Part shown: positions 45,033 through 45,975 of the stretch, piece after piece
How positions within the stretch are numbered: the stretch's first letter is position 1
How the letters are laid out: every line of letters begins with the position of its first letter
Source of the DNA: Candidatus Levybacteria bacterium RBG_16_35_11
GTDB taxonomy: Bacteria; Patescibacteriota; Microgenomatia; Levybacterales; UBA12049
Reading direction: 5' to 3'
DNA length: 45,975 nucleotides
Assembly (NCBI GenBank): GCA_001781995.1
Contig: MFNH01000040.1
Location: 72,741 to 118,715 of the forward strand
Translations under genes and position numbers: made by a program
The notes under the pieces: model-generated
Told to the model about the DNA's origin: nothing
Seen by the model: only the letters and a program-made list of their open reading frames with translations
Databases searched by the model: none

Positions 45033-45975
45033 GAAGAAGAATTCTCAAATTTTACTATTTTTTCGGCAATAATAATGGGTTTATCATTCTTGCTGTCTAT
45101 TTTTCCGTCTACAAGAATAACAGAATCTTTAAGCAATGCAAGCTTTGATTGTTCATATATTCTTGGAAAGACGACGCACTCAACTAATAAGCCTTTCTCA
45201 TCGCCTAAGGTTATAAAAGCCATCTCGCTATTGTTTTTTGTGAAAACTTTTCTCATTGCTTCGATTAGCCCTCCAATAATAACTTTTGTTCCCTCGTCTT
45301 CCTCCTCAAGATCAGAAATTTCATGGCTGATTCTCTTTTTTATTGACATAAGGTTGCCCATTTGAGGATGAGATGTTAGGTAAAACCCTAAATATTCTTT
45401 TTCAAAAGATAATTTTTCATCGTTTGAGAAATCTTCCACCTGACTTCTTATAATAGGGGATGGGTCGTCTTCTTCCGAAAATAAACTAGTTTGACCTTCC
45501 CTACTTTGCTTTTTCTTTTTATTGCCTTTTTCCATAACCTCAGGATACTCAATTAATAGGGCTGCTCTATTGCCAAAAATATCCATAGCGCCTGCTTTTA
45601 TTAGACTTTCAACTGTTTTTTTATTTACCGCGCCAAGGTCGACTTTAACGCAAAAGTCTTCAAGGCTTTTAAACGGTTCTTTTTTCCTGGCATCTAAAAT
45701 TGTCTTTATAGCAGCAGTGCCGACGTTTTTTATAGCAGACAAGCCAAACCTTATTTTATCGTTTCCTTCAATTGCAAACTCTGCATCTGATTTATTTATA
45801 TCTGGGGATAACACGGACACATTAAGCCTTTTGCATTCTGCTATTGCCTGAGAAATTTTCTCGTTTTTTGCAGGACCGGATGAGCCTCGAGACTCCGCGG
45901 TTAAGAGAGCCGTCATAAACTCAACAGGGAAGTGCGCTTTTAAGTAAGCCGTTCTAAACGCAATAGTTGCATAGC
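45029..45975 (-). CDS. dnaE: DNA polymerase III alpha subunit, C-terminal part (runs off the window)
   Basis: TAYLKAHFPVEFMTALL, PDINKS, IRFGLSAIKNVG, LIKAGAMD, EKEYLGFYLTSHP, OB fold MAF.TL.D...VVFP..Y. Confidence 0.95.
   Translation of the reverse strand, partial: YATIAFRTAYLKAHFPVEFMTALLTAESRGSSGPAKNEKISQAIAECKRLNVSVLSPDINKSDAEFAIEGNDKIRFGLSAIKNVGTAAIKTILDARKKEPFKSLEDFCVKVDLGAVNKKTVESLIKAGAMDIFGNRAALLIEYPEVMEKGNKKKKQSREGQTSLFSEEDDPSPIIRSQVEDFSNDEKLSFEKEYLGFYLTSHPQMGNLMSIKKRISHEISDLEEEDEGTKVIIGGLIEAMRKVFTKNNSEMAFITLGDEKGLLVECVVFPRIYEQSKLALLKDSVILVDGKIDSKNDKPIIIAEKIVKFENSSS

Overview
AT-rich, densely packed bacterial chromosome segment read in genetic code 11. The gene style suggests Patescibacteria/CPR, probably Microgenomates; this is an inference from the shortened ATP synthase delta, sparse SD sites, many -10 boxes just upstream of start codons and GT-C-rich loci. 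From left to right: small hypothetical ORFs; a minus-strand cassette of split transketolase + NDP-sugar SDR + atypical GT2; an orphan cytoplasmic 3xPAS histidine kinase; a core block (ileS type 2 with non-canonical GVHH/EMHKT signatures, rodA, rplU, rpmA, parB, lepB, tRNA-Val-CAC); a secreted LamG-like/C39-like peptidase; a ~24 kb surface-glycosylation locus; an Ig-domain surface protein directly behind tRNA-Thr-CGT; a complete F0F1 ATP synthase operon (atpBEFHAGDC); and the 3' end of dnaE. The glycosylation locus holds five GT-C-like membrane proteins (one fused to a GT2), GT2/GT4 enzymes, an FnlA/B/C-like L-sugar pathway, a sugar C-methyltransferase, a perosamine-type aminotransferase with a GNAT, Wzx and an O-antigen ligase-like protein. 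I recognised no CRISPR array, transposase, integrase or prophage. The best candidate for an undescribed system is a GT-C-based surface/protein glycosylation machinery that uses branched-chain sugars. All functional calls come from motif recognition by eye; no database searches were run.
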